Shown here in pieces: positions 1-64,000 of a DNA stretch of 64,000 nt (within the stretch, counting starts at the first letter, position 1; each line of letters opens with the position of its first letter). Under the pieces are notes generated by a model. It was not told the origin of the DNA and made no database searches. It was given only the letters and a program-made list of their open reading frames with translations. The stretch lies in assembly GCF_009914755.1 (NCBI RefSeq), contig NC_060947.1, one strand, 5' to 3'. A program made the position numbers and the translations under genes. The stretch comes from the human T2T-CHM13v2.0 reference genome, Homo sapiens.

Positions 1-1979
1 TGATATCCTGGGAGAGACATGGGTTCTGGTAATGAGAGGAGATGGAGGGGCCATCCATGCAGTGACTGAGAGGGTTGAGTAGTATGTTTACAAGGAAGAA
101 CGTTCCAAGGAGCACACCGACTAACATGGAAAGGGAGGGAAGTAGCAAGAGGAGAAACCCGGGTGTAGGCGTCAGAAGTATAGAGCAGTGCTGGATGGAG
201 AGAGAAGTACATTCTCGGGGGAGCAGAAGCCTCAGGGGGATTGGCTGCCTGGTAGAAGTTACTACCATTTCAAGATTCCTCCTAGAACTCGAGTACAAAG
301 AGATTGCTGAGGGGCATACTAAGTTGCTGGGGCCACATAAACAGAGGTGGAGTCTGGTGCTTGAAGACATTTCCTGACTCTGGTCAGGGAAGCAATCTGT
401 GGCTTCGGGTTTTTTTTTTTTTTTTTCAAGTTCCCAACACTCAGTGAAAAGTGGGTTTATGCTGGGACAAAACAGCCTTGGAATGAGCAGTTAGCAGGTA
501 AGCTCATTTACTAGGTCTTCTGGGGAGAGGATGATGGGGAGAATGGGAAGGATCCTCACCTAGGTTTCTTGCTTCCACAAAGCCCAGCTCTGTGTGAACA
601 GGACAGTGTGGTTCAAGTGGAGTCAGGGTATAGGGGAACAGGCAGCCATGAGGTTTCTTGGGAAGACACAGACCCAAGTACTAATAGCAGAGAATGGGCA
701 CACAGTCACTGGCTCTGATTTGGGACAGTTCCTGACCTGACAGGGACAGAAAGTGGAATTGGACATCGTTTGAGTGCTTTTTTTGTTTAGCTCATCATCC
801 TGAGAGCTTAGAGAGCTGGTTAGTGAGGGTGAATACACACAGGGGCAGCTTGGAGTTGCCTGAGTATTACTTGTTTTAGCAAGGAGGTTATATGGCCATG
901 AGATGGAAAGAACCATTTGAGAATCATGAGTTCCAGGCAGAATGATAGGAATTGAACTGACAGTGGTACCACTGATGGTATGAAGAATTTGAGAAGGAAT
1001 TTGTACTTGCAGGGGGAACTCATTTCAAATGAGCTCATTTCAAAATATTTTTAGTTTTGAGGGTGGTAGGAGCCTCAACAGGGTATGCTCAGAATCCAAC
1101 AGGTAGAGGCCTGAAGTTGGGGCAGCAGGCCAGGGCTTGAGACTTGTAGATCATTCATGTTGAAATCAAAGTCTTGAGAAAACAAAGAGCCCACACAAAC
1201 TAAGGAGCGATCGGAGAAATACAGAAAAAATAGGAAGTCACTGTTCTCAAAAGACAAAGCTCCAGTATGGAGGTGAGAACTGTGAAAATTCTGGTGAGAG
1301 AGGTTGGACAGGCTGAGAACAGAAAAAAAATACTGTCCTGAGGAATACTAAAGAGGAGAGATGAGAGATAGGGGTCAAGGGTGACTTCGGAGCTGGGGAC
1401 ATTTGCTTTAAAACAGCAGTAAAAAGGAGCAAGAGGAGAAGGAGAAATCCACCACACCACCCAAGATTTTTTCTTCGGGAGGGAAGTGTTTACGAGCATT
1501 GGGAAATCTAAGCACAAACCGATCCAATCTTTGCTGTAAGGTTGATGAGTTTCTGTGTACAGATTCCTAGCGTGAGAGATGACTTATATCAGATGTTTAC
1601 ATGTAAAGAAAACCGACTACACAGACACACACATAATCCATACCTTTGAGTCGATTGTTTTATGAACTGCTACAGTGCTCTGTGTGTGTGTGGTGTTTTT
1701 TTGTGTTTTTTTTTTTTTCTTTCCCGATGAGGACAATACAAGGAGAATCCGATTTAAATTTAAATTACAGAGATGGAGATTGAGGCTCCTCCCAAGGGGA
1801 CAACTTATCCTGTTAAGAGACACTGGGGGACGATATTGAGATGGGTTATGAAAGATCAATTCCTATGAAAGATCAATTCCCCTGAGAGCTCTGAGAATAG
1901 GATCAAAGTAGAAAGCGCAGTCTGCCTCTGCTTGGTTACACTGAGCCGATGTTTCTTTAGCCAAAGGCAGTGGGCTAGT

Positions 1980-61435
<59,456 letters not shown>

Positions 61436-63835
61436 GCTTACTAATACTCACTTAGTGATTTGTAAAATTTGCACATGTGATTGTGAAGAAATTTGTACTA
61501 CCTAAAAGTCCCAGTGCATGTCTCTGAATGTGTAAGCTATATAAATGCTATTTATATGGCATAGAAAGAATATAAATATCCTGTACACGGCAGATTGTGA
61601 ACAAACTATATTCCTTTAAGTTTTCCTGGTTGCACTCTGTAGACTGGATCTGTTTTAGGAAGTTACTTTCACAGTGATGTTGTGTGTTCTGTTAGTTTTA
61701 TGTCTCAGTTAAAGTGTAAAAAGTGACGGATTTTCTCTTTCTTAAACTTACCTGACACTTAACCAGAGTACCAGTTCTCGTGATGTGAATTAATTTTTTT
61801 GTGTGCTAGGGGAGGGAGAGTGAGGAGGGAGTGTTATTTCCTTGGGAACCTAGGGAGGAGAGGTTCCTTTGTTGGGAAACTTTTGTTGATAGCTGCTGCC
61901 TTTGTCCTGATCGTTTTCTTTCCCTTTTCTCTGGTGGCCTGTTGTGGTGCAACGAGCTGATGGCATTTGATCTTGCCCCATTCAGGTTGGGGAGTGAAGT
62001 GTGAGGACCCTTTTCCCCCGCTTGCTGTGAAAGCACAGATTCATTGACTACAGTACACTGTTGTTCAGAAAAGAAGGCTGCAAATGACTTCTGAGACTTT
62101 ATGTCTTTTCTTCCAGACCAAGACCGTAGAAGGAGTCACATCTAGCCGGCTTAGCCAAAGTACAGGTGTATATAGTTCAGGGCACTTGATTTAGATTTGG
62201 AGGGGCTGGGGTGGGCAGAGAGCAAGAGGCGAGTAAAGAGAATGGTGGTTTCAGAGATCTCTCTTCCCAAATGTGTAAATATTCTATACCAGATAAGTTT
62301 AAATAAGAAATTTAATTGCTGCTTAATTTTTGATTATGTACTTTATCTGTATAGCAGGCTTTGTCGTCAGAAGTTTTTATATCGATTTAAATTGCTGCTC
62401 TTTAGCAGCCAAACAGGAGCAAAATGTAAAATTTTTGAACTTACTGTGTCTAATCATCATTTGTTAGTCTGTAGTTAATGTCAACAGTTAATTTATGAAC
62501 CCACGATCGTTCCACACTGCACCAAAGTCAGTCATAAGAGAAATCGAATATTCTGGAGCACTGATTGCAGCAGGGTGGCTCCTTTGTGTGCAGCAGGTGT
62601 AGTAGTCTTCATTTTCATGGTACGTTTTAATATTAATTACCTAAGCTGCCATGCATTTTTTTTTTTACAGTTCTCAAGGAAGAGCACAGAACAATTTCTC
62701 ATTTCATATTTGGAGTATGAAAGTAGATTCTATTTTGTAATGCTGATAATACCTAAAGATGCATTGAATGCTTGGAAGAATGCTTTTTGATGTTGATTTT
62801 GACCTGTTCATGATTCAGAAGAAAAACAAACTTTTTTGGATTTTTTTTCCCTCAGGTCTGAGTAGCATTGCCTTAAATCTTATCCAGTTAGAACATTGAT
62901 TTATTTACATGATGTTCAGATTTTCCAGTGAAAAATACCCTTCTGAACAAAACATGTACTTACTCTCCGAAAGGCATCTATCTGTGCTATTGCAAACACT
63001 CCTTGAGATTTTAGGGGAATTCTAATGTTGTACCCTTTCGTGGCAGCTTTGACTGTTGGCATAGCCATTTGTTATGTAGTGGTAGCGACTTTCCTGCTAT
63101 GCAGGAATCCCTCCCATGACGTGTATGTTTTACATGATGTGTGCCTCTTCACGCAGTAAATAGTTTCTTGTTAATGTATGTTTGAGGAGTTTGAACGTCA
63201 GTGTCACTTACCCACAAAGTTATTCAAGTTGTAAAAGGTTATACAATAATTTAACAACTACCTTTTTTATTCTGTCGGGTTACTGACCTCACTTTATGTA
63301 AATACTTCGCATGACAAATTCAGTAACTCGTCTATTTCAGCATGCATAAGACTTTTCACTAGGGAAACTGATAAAGCTTGAGTCAACTAAATCTGCCTTC
63401 ATACTTTATCAAGGGGAACCAAGCCTGCTGTGCTTACATCAGCATCTGGAAGACTTTCCTCTCCTCTAATCTGTGTACACATCTCCAAGCAAGGAAGAAA
63501 AAACAAACTCTGCTCAGACGCCTATGAAACACCTGAATGAACTTTGATGAAGTACAGTCTGAGTTACCATCATGCACAAGTAGAACTGCTCTTGGACTTG
63601 TTTTCCTGTTGTTTGTGGAACCTACGCGTTTGAATGGCTTGAACGTTGCATCTTTTAAAGTTATTTTTTAAGGTTTCTTGGCATTTATCCTAGTTGTCCG
63701 TGTTTGGCAATGTGCTGTTAAAGTAATAGACTTTTAATCTTTATGTATTTTTTGTTTTCTCTGGAGTACTTGGACAGATGTTATAGTGGTTTCTTTTAGG
63801 AAAATCTGTCATTAAAAAAGTTATAGCCTTGCAAA
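61436..63835 (+). other. SLC9A6: 3' UTR (~2.4 kb, no recognisable repeats, AU-rich)
   Basis: Follows the stop codon; end inferred from ATTAAA at 63811. Confidence 0.75.
63811..63816 (+). terminator. Polyadenylation signal ATTAAA (a second AATAAA at 63950-63955)
   Basis: Hexamer preceded by U-rich and TGTA elements. Confidence 0.65.
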
Positions 63836-64000
63836 TAACCACTCACAGTATTTGAGTCACAGTTTATTTTAGTGAGACGTAAAGAGTGCTGACTTCATTT
63901 ATTTTTCTACCTATATACCTAGTGGAAAAGGGGAAGACTAATGTTTTCAAATAAACAAACAGAAACCTAACAGAACTTAACTTATGGGTTGGCAAATTTT

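Noticed and set aside
75-1517. Upstream ORFs of 60-105 aa
   Set aside because: Purine-rich degenerate sequence, probably old repeat; no splice structure or recognisable product.

Overview
Mammalian (Alu-rich, so primate and most likely human) genomic DNA holding one complete + strand gene, SLC9A6 (endosomal Na+/H+ exchanger NHE6; X-linked, the Christianson syndrome gene). I spliced 16 coding exons by hand from 2211 to 61435. They total 2106 nt, or 701 aa plus stop, with no frameshift or premature stop. An internal exon-2 donor removes 96 nt (669 aa form). A 125-nt intron inside exon 1 could remove the first ATG and signal peptide (649 aa form). Splicing is unusual: intron 1 is GC-AG, and introns 7 (AT-AC), 10 and 14 (GT-AG) are U12 minor-spliceosome introns. 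The most interesting item is in intron 12: a frame-preserving 90-nt cassette exon inside an antisense L2 LINE, whose acceptor can be buried in a ~43-bp duplex with an inverted L2 copy about 350 nt upstream. The rest is a CpG-island promoter, about 40 Alus, old L1/L2/MIR/MER/MLT repeats, microsatellites, many short tandem duplications and a ~2.4-kb 3' UTR. I found no new multi-gene system, and most ORF-track entries are repeat-derived noise. Repeat boundaries and subfamilies are approximate and assigned by eye.
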